A stretch of 64,000 bases of DNA from Candidatus Pacearchaeota archaeon (GCA_017609915.1 JAFCDA010000001.1:5033-69032); one strand, 5' to 3'. Positions 38,050 through 46,388 are shown, counted from the stretch's first letter. Notes: generated by a model from the sequence alone, not told the origin. Program-made: numbers and translations.

Positions 38050-38736
38050 ATGAAAAATAATGATTTAAAGAGATTTAGATATGAAAGAAAATTTGTTATA
38101 TCTGAATTAAATTCTTATGAAATAGAACATTTAATCAGACATAATCCTGCAATTTTTTCTGAAATATTTTATGAAAGAATGGTTAATAATATTTATTTAG
38201 ATTCTATAGATTTGAAAAATTATAATGAAAATTTAATTGGAATTTCTAATAGAATAAAAATTAGAATTAGATGGTATGGGGGTGTTTTTGGAATTATTAA
38301 AAAGCCTGTATTAGAATTAAAAGTAAAAAATAATGAATTAGGGAGAAAACTATCTTTTCCATTAAAGGGATTTATTTTAGATAAAAAATTTTCCTTAAAT
38401 TTATTACAAAAAGTTTTCTCAAAATCAAATCTTCCAAAGTGGTTAGTTGAAAGATTAAAATTATATTCTCCAAGTCTTCTTAATTCTTATAAGAGAAAAT
38501 ATTTTATTTCTGCTAATAAAAAATATAGGATTACTTTAGATAAAGATCAAATTTTTTATAAAATAAAAAATAGAAATAATTTCTTTAAGGAAAAAATTAC
38601 AAATAAAAAAATCTGTATTTTAGAAATAAAATATGCTTTAGAAGATTATAAAAGAGCAGCCAATATAACTAGATATTTTCCATTTAGATTAATAGCAAAC
38701 TCCAAATATGTTAATGGAATGGATTTGTTTGGTTAG
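38050..38736 (+). CDS. VTC-domain (polyphosphate polymerase / triphosphate-tunnel-like) protein
   Basis: RFRYERKFVI, NNIYLDS, RIKIRIRWYG, VLELKVKNN. Alternating basic beta-strand pattern of VTC/CYTH-like tunnel proteins. Confidence 0.6.
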   Translation: MKNNDLKRFRYERKFVISELNSYEIEHLIRHNPAIFSEIFYERMVNNIYLDSIDLKNYNENLIGISNRIKIRIRWYGGVFGIIKKPVLELKVKNNELGRKLSFPLKGFILDKKFSLNLLQKVFSKSNLPKWLVERLKLYSPSLLNSYKRKYFISANKKYRITLDKDQIFYKIKNRNNFFKEKITNKKICILEIKYALEDYKRAANITRYFPFRLIANSKYVNGMDLFG

Positions 38737-38764
38737 TTTGTTTAATCACTAAGGTAGATTTCAT

Positions 38765-39592
38765 TTAACTTAAATTTATTCTCATTTTAGAGAGGCCTAA
38801 TCTTAAAGCAAAATAAAATGCGTGTTTTGTAAAACCACTATAAGAAATTTCTTGTTTATCATTTAACCAATCGTTGTGTTCTCTAATTTTTTCATCAAGA
38901 GATTTATTTAGTTTTTCAGGATTTTGATTACAATCAATTTCAGATAAAACAGAATAAGAACGTCCAATTTCAAAAGGAGAATGAGCATCAGAAGATGAAA
39001 GGGCCCCAATATTTTTATTTTCACAGAATTTTTTATAAAATTTCTGGGCTTTTTTATTTCCTACAATAGCTTCTCCATCATGAACCATTATTGCAGAAAA
39101 AAAATCTAATATTTCTGGATTTTTTAATAAATAATCTCCAAGTTTTGACATAAAAAAGATGTGACTTGCTTCAGCAGGGCACCCTTTAGCTTTTGTTTCT
39201 CTAAGAGACTCTGTTATTTTTCTTTGTTTAAGATTTGTTCCATAAGGAAGTCCTAAAACTAAAATATGTCCTTCAGGAAATTCCATTTCCTGGGTTTTTA
39301 ATATATGAACTCCATAGGGATTAACATGAAACATATTGCTTTTATCAATAGAAGGTCCATTAACTTCAATTTTTCTATATCCAAATTCTTTTAAGCAAGT
39401 TTTAAAAAATAATTCATATCTATAATCATAATCTGGTTTTCTATCAAAAGTTTTTCCCCATTGACTATTTGCAATTCCAAAAACCCCATTAGGCCCTAAC
39501 CTTTGTTCAGCAATTTCTAAAATATGCTTGGCACTAGTTGGGCAATGTTGTCTTTCATATGCATGATTATGTAAATCTGCTCTTATTTCCAT
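38765..39592 (-). CDS. PHP-like metal-dependent phosphoesterase
   Basis: MEIRADLHNHAY at the N-terminus, SSSDAHSPFEIG near the C-terminus. Confidence 0.5.
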   Translation of the reverse strand: MEIRADLHNHAYERQHCPTSAKHILEIAEQRLGPNGVFGIANSQWGKTFDRKPDYDYRYELFFKTCLKEFGYRKIEVNGPSIDKSNMFHVNPYGVHILKTQEMEFPEGHILVLGLPYGTNLKQRKITESLRETKAKGCPAEASHIFFMSKLGDYLLKNPEILDFFSAIMVHDGEAIVGNKKAQKFYKKFCENKNIGALSSSDAHSPFEIGRSYSVLSEIDCNQNPEKLNKSLDEKIREHNDWLNDKQEISYSGFTKHAFYFALRLGLSKMRINLS

Positions 39593-39625
39593 TTTAATTT
39601 ATTATCAGAACTCTTTTTAAATTTA

Positions 39626-39709
39626 TGCAGAGGATAGGATTCGAACCTATGAAGGCACTAAGCCACAAGATCTTGAGTCTTGCCCGTTTGACCACTCCGG
39701 AACCTCTGC
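39626..39709 (-). tRNA. tRNA-Leu (anticodon CAA), long variable arm
   Basis: Minus strand GCAGAGG TT CCGG AGTGGTCAAA CGGG CAAGA CTCAAGA TCTTG TGGCTTAGTGCCTTC ATAGG TTCGAAT CCTAT CCTCTGC A. Confidence 0.9.
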
Positions 39710-39751
39710 TTAAATATTATGAAAAAGCCAATAATTGTTTATATAAAAACC

Positions 39752-39761
39752 TTTATAAAGA
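39752..39761 (+). promoter_or_regulatory. putative TATA box for 5S rRNA
   Basis: ctttataaag is centred ~25 nt upstream of the inferred 5S 5' end (39781). Confidence 0.5.
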
Positions 39762-39780
39762 GTTATTTTTAAGTTATATT

Positions 39781-39894
39781 GGAGACGACCATAATAATCT
39801 GGTCACACCTGATCCGATTTCCAACTCAGAAGTTAAGCAGATTATGTTTAAGGTATTAGTTTCAGAGATGAAGTGAAGCCATAAAGTTGTCTTC
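39781..39894 (+). rRNA. 5S ribosomal RNA (stand-alone)
   Basis: GGAGACGACCATA...CACACCTGATCCGATTTCCAACTCAGAAGTTAAGC... matches conserved 5S loop/helix signatures. The 5' GGAGACGAC pairs with the 3' GTTGTCTTC. Confidence 0.8.
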
Positions 39895-39964
39895 TTTATA
39901 TTCCAAACAACTTTATATAAAAAGCCAGTATCTTATAAAATATAAATAAACATAAAAATAAAAA

Positions 39965-40162
39965 ATGATAATACCTCTTCGTTGCATATCTTGTGGAAAG
40001 CCAATTGGTCATTTGTGGCAGGATTTTAAAGAAAGAACTGAAAAAGGAGAAGATTCTAAAAAAGTCTTAGATGAATTAGGTTTAGAAAGATATTGCTGCA
40101 GAGCTATGTTTTTAGGGCAAGTTGATATATTAGAGTTAGTTAATAAGTTTAAGAAGTTCTGA
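39965..40162 (+). CDS. rpoN: DNA-directed RNA polymerase subunit N (Rpo10)
   Basis: MIIPLRCISCGKPIGHLWQDF...LGLERYCCRAMFLGQVD. Canonical Rpo10/RpoN zinc bundle. Confidence 0.9.
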   Translation: MIIPLRCISCGKPIGHLWQDFKERTEKGEDSKKVLDELGLERYCCRAMFLGQVDILELVNKFKKF

Positions 40163-40332
40163 TATTTCATTATATTAATAGCCTATAAGCTTAATTAAGA
40201 GATTATCTGAGTAGCTTAAAAAACTCCTCTTCTAAACTTCAAATTTTATAGAGATATTAATATATTGTATTAACTCCTTAGAAGTAACAAACAAGAAACA
40301 TTTATAAGGGGGTTTTTCTTGGGGAAATTAAG

Positions 40333-40659
40333 ATGAAAACAAAGAAACATATCCAAAAAGTTAGAAATGCAATCAATAAATTTGATATAGTTACTACTGA
40401 TTTATTTGCTCAAAGCGTGATACAAAGAGCTAAGGCCTTAGAGGAATCTGTGGATGAGGGTTGGTTTATACCTTTTCTTAAAATATCTGAGGTAACTGGA
40501 GCAAGCGTAGCTACCTATGGAGCTTTAACAAATAAACCTTATGTGATTGGGGCTGGGGCAGGATTTGCTTTAATGGCAGGAATTTATCATTTATTAATAA
40601 ATAGAGTTGTGAAAAAACAAAATGAAACAGACAATAATTCAATTAAAAAACGTACATAA
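40333..40659 (+). CDS. small protein with C-terminal Gly-zipper TM helix
   Basis: 108-aa ORF with VIGAGAGFALMAGIYHLL. Overlaps the ABC ATPase start by 38 nt. Confidence 0.4.
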   Translation: MKTKKHIQKVRNAINKFDIVTTDLFAQSVIQRAKALEESVDEGWFIPFLKISEVTGASVATYGALTNKPYVIGAGAGFALMAGIYHLLINRVVKKQNETDNNSIKKRT

Positions 40660-41296
40660 AGACTATAAAATAGGGGATACTATAATCCCTGCTGTTGATG
40701 GTGTAGATTTAGAAATAAAACAAGGAGATTTTATTGCTATTGTTGGACCTTCTGGAAGTGGTAAAAGTACCATGATGAATCTTGTTGGGGCATTAGATTT
40801 AGCTACAAAAGGAGATATTTTTCTAGATGATGTTAATATTGAACATTTACATGAATCTGAATTAGCTCAACTAAGAGGAAAGAAAATAGGATTTGTATTT
40901 CAAACATTTAATTTAATTCCTACACTTACAGCACTTGAAAATGTTATGTTACCTATGATTTTTCAAAATGTTGAATTAGAAGAAAGAAAAGAAAGAGCTA
41001 CTAAGCTTTTAGCAGATTTGGGATTAGGTGAAAGATTAAAACACCTTCCAAGTGAATTATCAGGTGGAGAAAGACAAAGAGTTGCACTTGCTCGTGCACT
41101 TGCAAATGATCCTGAAGTTATTTTAGCTGATGAACCTACAGGTAATCTTGATTCAAAAAGAAGCAAAGAAATTGCTGAAATGTTTGTTAAATTAAGCAAA
41201 CAAGGAAAGACAATAATCCTTGTTACACATGATTTAGATATAGCAAAGTATGCTAGTAAAGTTTATAAACTAAAAGATGGGAGGATAAGTAAGTAA
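40622..41296 (+). CDS. ABC transporter ATP-binding protein (MacB/LolD type)
   Basis: Walker A GPSGSGKST, signature LSGGERQRVALARAL, Walker B ILADEPTGNLD. Confidence 0.9.
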   Translation: MKQTIIQLKNVHKDYKIGDTIIPAVDGVDLEIKQGDFIAIVGPSGSGKSTMMNLVGALDLATKGDIFLDDVNIEHLHESELAQLRGKKIGFVFQTFNLIPTLTALENVMLPMIFQNVELEERKERATKLLADLGLGERLKHLPSELSGGERQRVALARALANDPEVILADEPTGNLDSKRSKEIAEMFVKLSKQGKTIILVTHDLDIAKYASKVYKLKDGRISK

Positions 41297-41297
41297 A

Positions 41298-41501
41298 ATG
41301 GAATATAGACAAAATAAATTAGGATCTTTGTTAACTACAATGGGATTACTTATGGTAGTTGCTTTTGGAACAGTGAGGGGTTATAAAAGATGCCAAAGAG
41401 AATGCGAACAAATTACAAGAAATTTTGAAGTATCAGATATAAATGTTAAAGATATTGATAAAGGTGGTTTAAACGATATTATTAAATTTGGAAATAGATA
41501 A
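41298..41501 (+). CDS. small single-TM protein
   Basis: 67 aa with LLTTMGLLMVVAFG. Tightly packed in the ABC operon. Confidence 0.4.
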   Translation: MEYRQNKLGSLLTTMGLLMVVAFGTVRGYKRCQRECEQITRNFEVSDINVKDIDKGGLNDIIKFGNR

Positions 41502-41721
41502 AATGACAGAAAAATTAACTGAAAAATTGAACTTTTCATTTACAACAGATCATAATGGGAAAACATATGGAGTTATACCTAAAGGCAATGAAGGACATCT
41601 TGATTGGAGCAAGAGTGATGTTTATGAAATAATTAATGAAAAAACAAACCAGTATGTTGAAGTAATGGGCCCTATAAAATCTCAAATAATGGAAAAATTT
41701 GATAATGCAAGGAAAAAATAA
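41488..41721 (+). CDS. small soluble hypothetical protein
   Basis: 77-aa ORF overlapping the upstream ORF by 14 nt. Confidence 0.35.
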   Translation: MEIDKMTEKLTEKLNFSFTTDHNGKTYGVIPKGNEGHLDWSKSDVYEIINEKTNQYVEVMGPIKSQIMEKFDNARKK

Positions 41722-41766
41722 AATGAAAACTAAAATAATTGTTAAATTGGATGATAAGTAAGTAAA

Positions 41767-42117
41767 ATGGGAATAAAAACAGTAAAAAACTTTTTAAATC
41801 CTATATATCATATGATCAATTATATTGATCTTGACAATAGAGGGTTGTCTGATGCAAAATTTGTTGTAAAAGGCTGTGCATCTATTTTATTAGGGGGTTT
41901 AGAATCTGTATTATACGGAAGTTTATTAGGTGGAGTAAGTGTAGCTGTTTTTGGTGGAGATTCTAAAAAAATAATTATAGGCTCTGCTGTGGGGGCAGTT
42001 GCTGGGGTCGGTGCTTGGGCAACTAAAGGAATACAATTAGGAATCATGGAAAATGAAAATCCTAAGAAATATAAACAATATTTAGCAAAAATAAAATACA
42101 AAACAAAATTAAAATGA
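41767..42117 (+). CDS. small Gly-zipper membrane protein
   Basis: GGLESVLYGSLLGGVSVAVFGG...GSAVGAVAGVGAWA. Confidence 0.4.
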   Translation: MGIKTVKNFLNPIYHMINYIDLDNRGLSDAKFVVKGCASILLGGLESVLYGSLLGGVSVAVFGGDSKKIIIGSAVGAVAGVGAWATKGIQLGIMENENPKKYKQYLAKIKYKTKLK

Positions 42118-43031
42118 AAACTCAAACACTAACACTAATAACCGCATTATTCATCATTCTTAGTTTAGCAAGTATTCAAGCTTTAGTAATTGATTCTGTA
42201 AAAATGTATCCTAGTGAAATAGCACCTGGTGAAACAGCTGTTATAACTGTGGGTATTGAAAATGATGGAGATGAAGATGTTACAAATGTTGCAGTTATTT
42301 TAGATTTAACAGGGATTATTGAATCAGACATTCCTGGAGCACCTTTAACAGCTTTAGATATCCCTTTTGCGCCTTATGAATCAAGTTCAGAACATAGTTT
42401 TGATGAAATTGAAGAAGATGAAACAGATTATGCTGAATTTGAAATCATAGCATTAGGTGATGCTAAATCAGGAGTATATAAAATTCCTTTAAGAATAAGT
42501 TATACAGAAGATGATGAATTAAAAACTAGAAATTCTTTAATTGGGGTTACTGTTAATTCAAAACCTATAATTGGAGTTAATATTGAAGATGGCTTATTGT
42601 TAAAACCTCAAGAAAATGAAATAGATATTAAAGTAATAAATAAAGGATTATCAGATGTAAGATTTTTAGAAGTTGAAATTGGAAGCTCTACTTATTTTGA
42701 TGTATTATCTAATAAACAAGTTTATATTGGAGATATTGATAGTGATGATTTTGATACTGCTGATTTTAAGATTTATTTTAAGAGCAATGCTCCAAGTACT
42801 TTAACTCTTCCTATAAGTATTACATATAAAGATGCTGTTAATAATGAATATAATGAAGATTTTGATATACAAGTAAAAGTTTATACAAGAGATAAAGCTA
42901 TTGAGCTTGGTTTATTGGAAAGAAGTTATACTAGTATATATGTGGGTGTTGTTGTTGGTGTTATAATCCTTTGGATAATTTATAGGAAAATAAAGAAAAG
43001 AAGAAAGTTGAAAAAGAGGAAGGAGGGTTAA
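42114..43031 (+). CDS. secreted beta-rich (CARDB/COG1361-like) protein with C-terminal TM anchor
   Basis: Signal-like N-terminus, two Ig-like repeats by eye (PGETAVITVGIENDGDEDVTNV; IDIKVINKGLSDVRF). C-terminal TM plus a KKRRKLKKRKEG tail. Confidence 0.45.
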   Translation: MKTQTLTLITALFIILSLASIQALVIDSVKMYPSEIAPGETAVITVGIENDGDEDVTNVAVILDLTGIIESDIPGAPLTALDIPFAPYESSSEHSFDEIEEDETDYAEFEIIALGDAKSGVYKIPLRISYTEDDELKTRNSLIGVTVNSKPIIGVNIEDGLLLKPQENEIDIKVINKGLSDVRFLEVEIGSSTYFDVLSNKQVYIGDIDSDDFDTADFKIYFKSNAPSTLTLPISITYKDAVNNEYNEDFDIQVKVYTRDKAIELGLLERSYTSIYVGVVVGVIILWIIYRKIKKRRKLKKRKEG

Positions 43032-43034
43032 AAG

Positions 43035-43307
43035 ATGGGATTCGATTGTTATATTACCATTTTAAGAGATAATAGAGGTTTAATTGATTGGTTGAGAAAG
43101 GATTATAATCAAGAAGAAATAGATAAATTTGGTGATTTGGATGTTATCGAAATATTTAGAGGTGATTTAAAGAGTGTTCAAGAAAAAGCACATGATTATA
43201 TAGAACAACATAAAGGAAAAGAGAAAGATTTAAAGGCATTAAATAGAATAGAAATTTCAAGTAGATTAGAACAATTATCTAAAACGCAAGCAGAAGTGTC
43301 TGCTTAG
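43035..43307 (+). CDS. small hypothetical protein
   Basis: 90-aa ORF within the operon. Confidence 0.35.
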   Translation: MGFDCYITILRDNRGLIDWLRKDYNQEEIDKFGDLDVIEIFRGDLKSVQEKAHDYIEQHKGKEKDLKALNRIEISSRLEQLSKTQAEVSA

Positions 43308-43316
43308 GAGCTCAAA

Positions 43317-43568
43317 ATGAAAGATGAAAAATATATAGATCATATAAAAAAATTTGTCGCTGAAAAACAAGGAGGATATAATAAAATAGGCTTAGTTAAA
43401 GAATTAAGAACCTATGGATTAATAAAAGATTCAAGAGATCCAGGACTTATACCTGCTAAAAATATTGTAGAAAGAATGATTCAAGAGGGGATATTAGAAA
43501 TGAAAACTCAAGAAGTAGGGGCATTTTTACAAATGAATTTACCTAAAAGGGCATTTGTTGGGTGGTAA
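43317..43568 (+). CDS. small hypothetical protein
   Basis: 83-aa ORF overlapping the permease start by 7 nt. Confidence 0.35.
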   Translation: MKDEKYIDHIKKFVAEKQGGYNKIGLVKELRTYGLIKDSRDPGLIPAKNIVERMIQEGILEMKTQEVGAFLQMNLPKRAFVGW

Positions 43569-44785
43569 TCAAAATGATTAAAGATTTCTTTGTATTGGGT
43601 TTAAACAATTTGAAAAGGCGTAGACTTAGAAGCTGGCTTACTATGATTGGAATTTTTATTGGAATTGCTGCTGTTGTTGCGCTGATATCATTAGGGCAAG
43701 GACTTCAAGATTATATTTCAGAGGAATTTGAAAAATTAGGTGCTGATAAAATAATTATTCAACCAAGAGGTATGGGGCCTCCTGGAACAGCAGGACCCAG
43801 CTTAATTTTGACGAGTGATGATTTAGAAACTATTGAAAAAGTTCGGGGTGTTAAATGGGCTATAGGTTTCTTAATTAAACAAGGACAAGCTATGTATAAA
43901 GATGAAGCAGGAATTGGTTTTGCAATTGGTTCTAATCCAGAAGATTTAGAACTTATGTCTGAAATACAAAGTTTTGAAATCTTTGATGGAAGAGATTTAA
44001 AACATGGAGACAAGTACAAATTAGTTGTAGGTTATAATCATATTTATGGAGATATTTGGGAAAAACCAATGCAAATAGGAAGCACAATAGAGGTTGAAGG
44101 TTATGATTTTAAAGTTATTGGAGTTTTAGATAAAATAGGAAATCCTATTGATGATAGTTCTCTTTATATGTCAAAAGATGTTTTAAAAGAAATTTTAGAC
44201 ATAGAAGATGAGGAAAGTCAAATTATGGTTAAAACAGCAGAAGGATTTAATCCTGAAGAAGTTGCAGATACAATTGAAAGAAAATTAAGAAAATCAAGAG
44301 GAGAAAAAGAAGATCAAGAAACATTTAATGTTCAAACTTCTGAACAATTATTAGAAACTTTTCAAAGTATTTTTGCTGTTGTTCAAGGAGTTTTAGTTGG
44401 AATAGCTGCTATTTCTCTTTTAGTTGGAGGAATAGGGATTATGAATACAATGTATACTTCTGTAATAGAAAGAACAAAAGAGATTGGAACTATGAAAGCT
44501 ATTGGTGCTAAAAATTCTCATGTTTTATTATTATTCTTATTAGAATCAGGATTATTAGGATTAGTAGGGGGTTTAATTGGTGTTGGAATAGGTGTAGGTT
44601 TAGCTAAAAGTGCAGAATACTTGGCAGCAGTTGCAATTGGAACAGATTTATTACAAGCATCTATGAGTCCTGTAATATTAGGTGGAGCATTAGCATTTTC
44701 ATTTGTAATAGGAACATTATCAGGAATCTTACCTGCATTACAAGCATCAAAACTTAAACCTGCTGATGCATTGAGATTTGAGTGA
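43562..44785 (+). CDS. ABC transporter permease (MacB/FtsX family)
   Basis: N-terminal TM, MacB-like extracytoplasmic domain, FtsX region GIMNTMYTSVIERTKEIGTMKAIGA, C-terminal LKPADALRFE. Confidence 0.85.
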   Translation: MVIKMIKDFFVLGLNNLKRRRLRSWLTMIGIFIGIAAVVALISLGQGLQDYISEEFEKLGADKIIIQPRGMGPPGTAGPSLILTSDDLETIEKVRGVKWAIGFLIKQGQAMYKDEAGIGFAIGSNPEDLELMSEIQSFEIFDGRDLKHGDKYKLVVGYNHIYGDIWEKPMQIGSTIEVEGYDFKVIGVLDKIGNPIDDSSLYMSKDVLKEILDIEDEESQIMVKTAEGFNPEEVADTIERKLRKSRGEKEDQETFNVQTSEQLLETFQSIFAVVQGVLVGIAAISLLVGGIGIMNTMYTSVIERTKEIGTMKAIGAKNSHVLLLFLLESGLLGLVGGLIGVGIGVGLAKSAEYLAAVAIGTDLLQASMSPVILGGALAFSFVIGTLSGILPALQASKLKPADALRFE

Positions 44786-44833
44786 ATTTTTTAGAAAAAT
44801 ATTTAAACCAAAGTAATTGTATATTATTTTAAA

Positions 44834-45031
44834 ATGAAGCGGTGTATTTATTGTAAATGTGGTTTATCTGAAGAATCTGTTATTGATTTTTGTGAAAGAT
44901 GTGGACATGGTGCTTTTGGAGAAAAAATGTTTAAGGTGATTGTTCAAAACATGAAAGACGCCAAGGAAAGAGGGGACTTACATCAATAAGAAACCTTTTT
45001 AAAGCTCTTATTTTTAAGGATTTTATATTAA
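44834..45031 (+). CDS. small zinc-ribbon protein (not in ORF track; 3' end uncertain)
   Basis: MKRCIYCKCGLSEESVIDFCERCGHGAFGEKMFKVI... contains two CxxC pairs. After the T-run at 44940-44942, another frame encodes a more protein-like tail (VQNMKDAKERGDLHQ*). Confidence 0.35.
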
Positions 45032-45043
45032 ACTAAACTAATA

Positions 45044-45071
45044 CCCAAAAAAATCAAATAGATTTTTTGGG
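45044..45071 (+). terminator. hairpin with T-tract after ABC/zinc-ribbon unit
   Basis: CCCAAAAAA-tcaaataga-TTTTTTGGG, a 9-bp perfect stem. A second imperfect hairpin follows immediately: CCTAGAAAA...TTTTCTTAGG. Confidence 0.45.
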
Positions 45072-45164
45072 CCTAGAAAACCATAAAAATTTTCTTAGGT
45101 CTTATAAAACTTTAAGTTATGCCCCATTAAGATTTAACTACTCAGATAATCAAAATCTCATGAG

Positions 45165-45176
45165 CTTATAAGATAT
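45165..45176 (+). promoter_or_regulatory. putative TATA-like box (CTTATAAGATAT) for L21e operon
   Basis: Lies 24-35 nt upstream of the ATG at 45200. Part of the recurring palindromic box. Confidence 0.45.
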
Positions 45177-45199
45177 AGATAAACAAATTAAAACAAAAA

Positions 45200-45463
45200 A
45201 TGATAAAAAGAAAAAGACAAAGAGAACACGGGAAAATTAAACTTGGAAGATATTTTCAAGATTTTAAAAAAGGAGACAAAGTAGGTGTTATAAGAGAATT
45301 ATCTGTTCAACCTAAGTTCCCTAAACAGCTCCAAGGGAGATCTGGAGTTATAGAAGGTAAAAGAGGGAATAGTTATGTTGTTAAAATAAAGGATTTAAAT
45401 AAGGAAAAGACTTATATAATACATCCTGTACACTTAAAAAGATTAAAACAAACTAAAAAATGA
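45200..45463 (+). CDS. rpl21e: 50S ribosomal protein L21e
   Basis: KGDKVGV...LQGRSGVIEGKRGNSYVVKI...IIHPVHLKRL. Conserved archaeal synteny L21e-RpoF-DUF655. Confidence 0.8.
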   Translation: MIKRKRQREHGKIKLGRYFQDFKKGDKVGVIRELSVQPKFPKQLQGRSGVIEGKRGNSYVVKIKDLNKEKTYIIHPVHLKRLKQTKK

Positions 45464-45762
45464 TATTAGAAAGAACGCCCTTAAATTTAGAAGAAGTAAA
45501 AGAAATACTTGAGAGTATTGAAGATAGTGATAAAAAAGAAGAAATGAAAACATACTTGAAGAAGTTTTTAAAAACCAAACCAGAAAAAGTAAAAAAGATT
45601 AAAGAAGAACTAAGAAAATTAGATTTATTAAAAATGAAAAGGGAACACCTAGTCAAAATTGTTGATTTAGTCCCAGAAGATGCAACAGATTTAAATAAAA
45701 TTTTTACTGATGTTAGTTTAAACGAAGAAGAAACTAATAAAATACTCAATGTCGTTAAATAG
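45460..45762 (+). CDS. rpoF: DNA-directed RNA polymerase subunit F (Rpo4)
   Basis: 100 aa, helical. LVKIVDLVPEDATDLNKIF fits the Rpo4 pattern. 4-nt overlap with L21e, plus synteny. Confidence 0.65.
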   Translation: MILERTPLNLEEVKEILESIEDSDKKEEMKTYLKKFLKTKPEKVKKIKEELRKLDLLKMKREHLVKIVDLVPEDATDLNKIFTDVSLNEEETNKILNVVK

Positions 45763-45770
45763 GAAAAACA

Positions 45771-46310
45771 ATGGAAAAAGAAGAATATTCAATAATCTTA
45801 GATTCCCTGCCTTATGGTTATCCTTTAGAACAGAAAATGATGCCTATAGCTCAAGCTATAGGGCTTAAGAATTTTACATTGCTTCAATTAGTTCCTAGGA
45901 GGGGGATAAAACTAGAAGTTGGAGAAAAAGTATATATTGGAGAAGGTAAAAGGGATAAAATATATTATATTCTTGGAAAACTTCAGGAAGAAAAGCTTAC
46001 TGAAACTACAAAAGAACAATTACAAGAATTTATTAGGGAACAGATTAAAGAAACCGAAGAAAAATTCATTGATTTTTTTAATAAAGCAGAAGCGATAAAT
46101 ACTAGATTACATCAATTTGAACTTCTTCCAGGATTTGGAAAAAGACATACAGAAGCAATTTTAGAAGAAAGAAATAAAACACTTTTTAAATCTTTGGAAG
46201 ATTTAAAGAAAAGAGTTTCTAACCTTCCAGACCCTAAAAAAGCAATTGAAAAAAGAATTTTTGATGAAATAATTGGTAAGGAAAGATATTATTTATTTAT
46301 AAATAAATAA
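45771..46310 (+). CDS. DUF655 / COG1491-type nucleic-acid-binding protein (HhH)
   Basis: HQFELLPGFGKRHTEAILEERNK (helix-hairpin-helix), N-terminal OB-like part, plus synteny. Confidence 0.7.
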   Translation: MEKEEYSIILDSLPYGYPLEQKMMPIAQAIGLKNFTLLQLVPRRGIKLEVGEKVYIGEGKRDKIYYILGKLQEEKLTETTKEQLQEFIREQIKETEEKFIDFFNKAEAINTRLHQFELLPGFGKRHTEAILEERNKTLFKSLEDLKKRVSNLPDPKKAIEKRIFDEIIGKERYYLFINK

Positions 46311-46388
46311 AATGTGTTATCAGAACCAAATATCTAAAAAAATAAAGATTTAAAAACCCAATTATTGATTATTTAATAAGCTCAATGC

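Noticed and set aside
39625-39876. 83-aa ORF
   Set aside because: It is fully explained by tRNA-Leu(CAA) on the opposite strand and the 5S rRNA gene.
45453-45749. 98-aa minus-strand ORF
   Set aside because: It is antisense to rpoF, which has conserved synteny. Its Ser/Phe/Leu-rich translation is a mirror of the K/E-rich sense frame.
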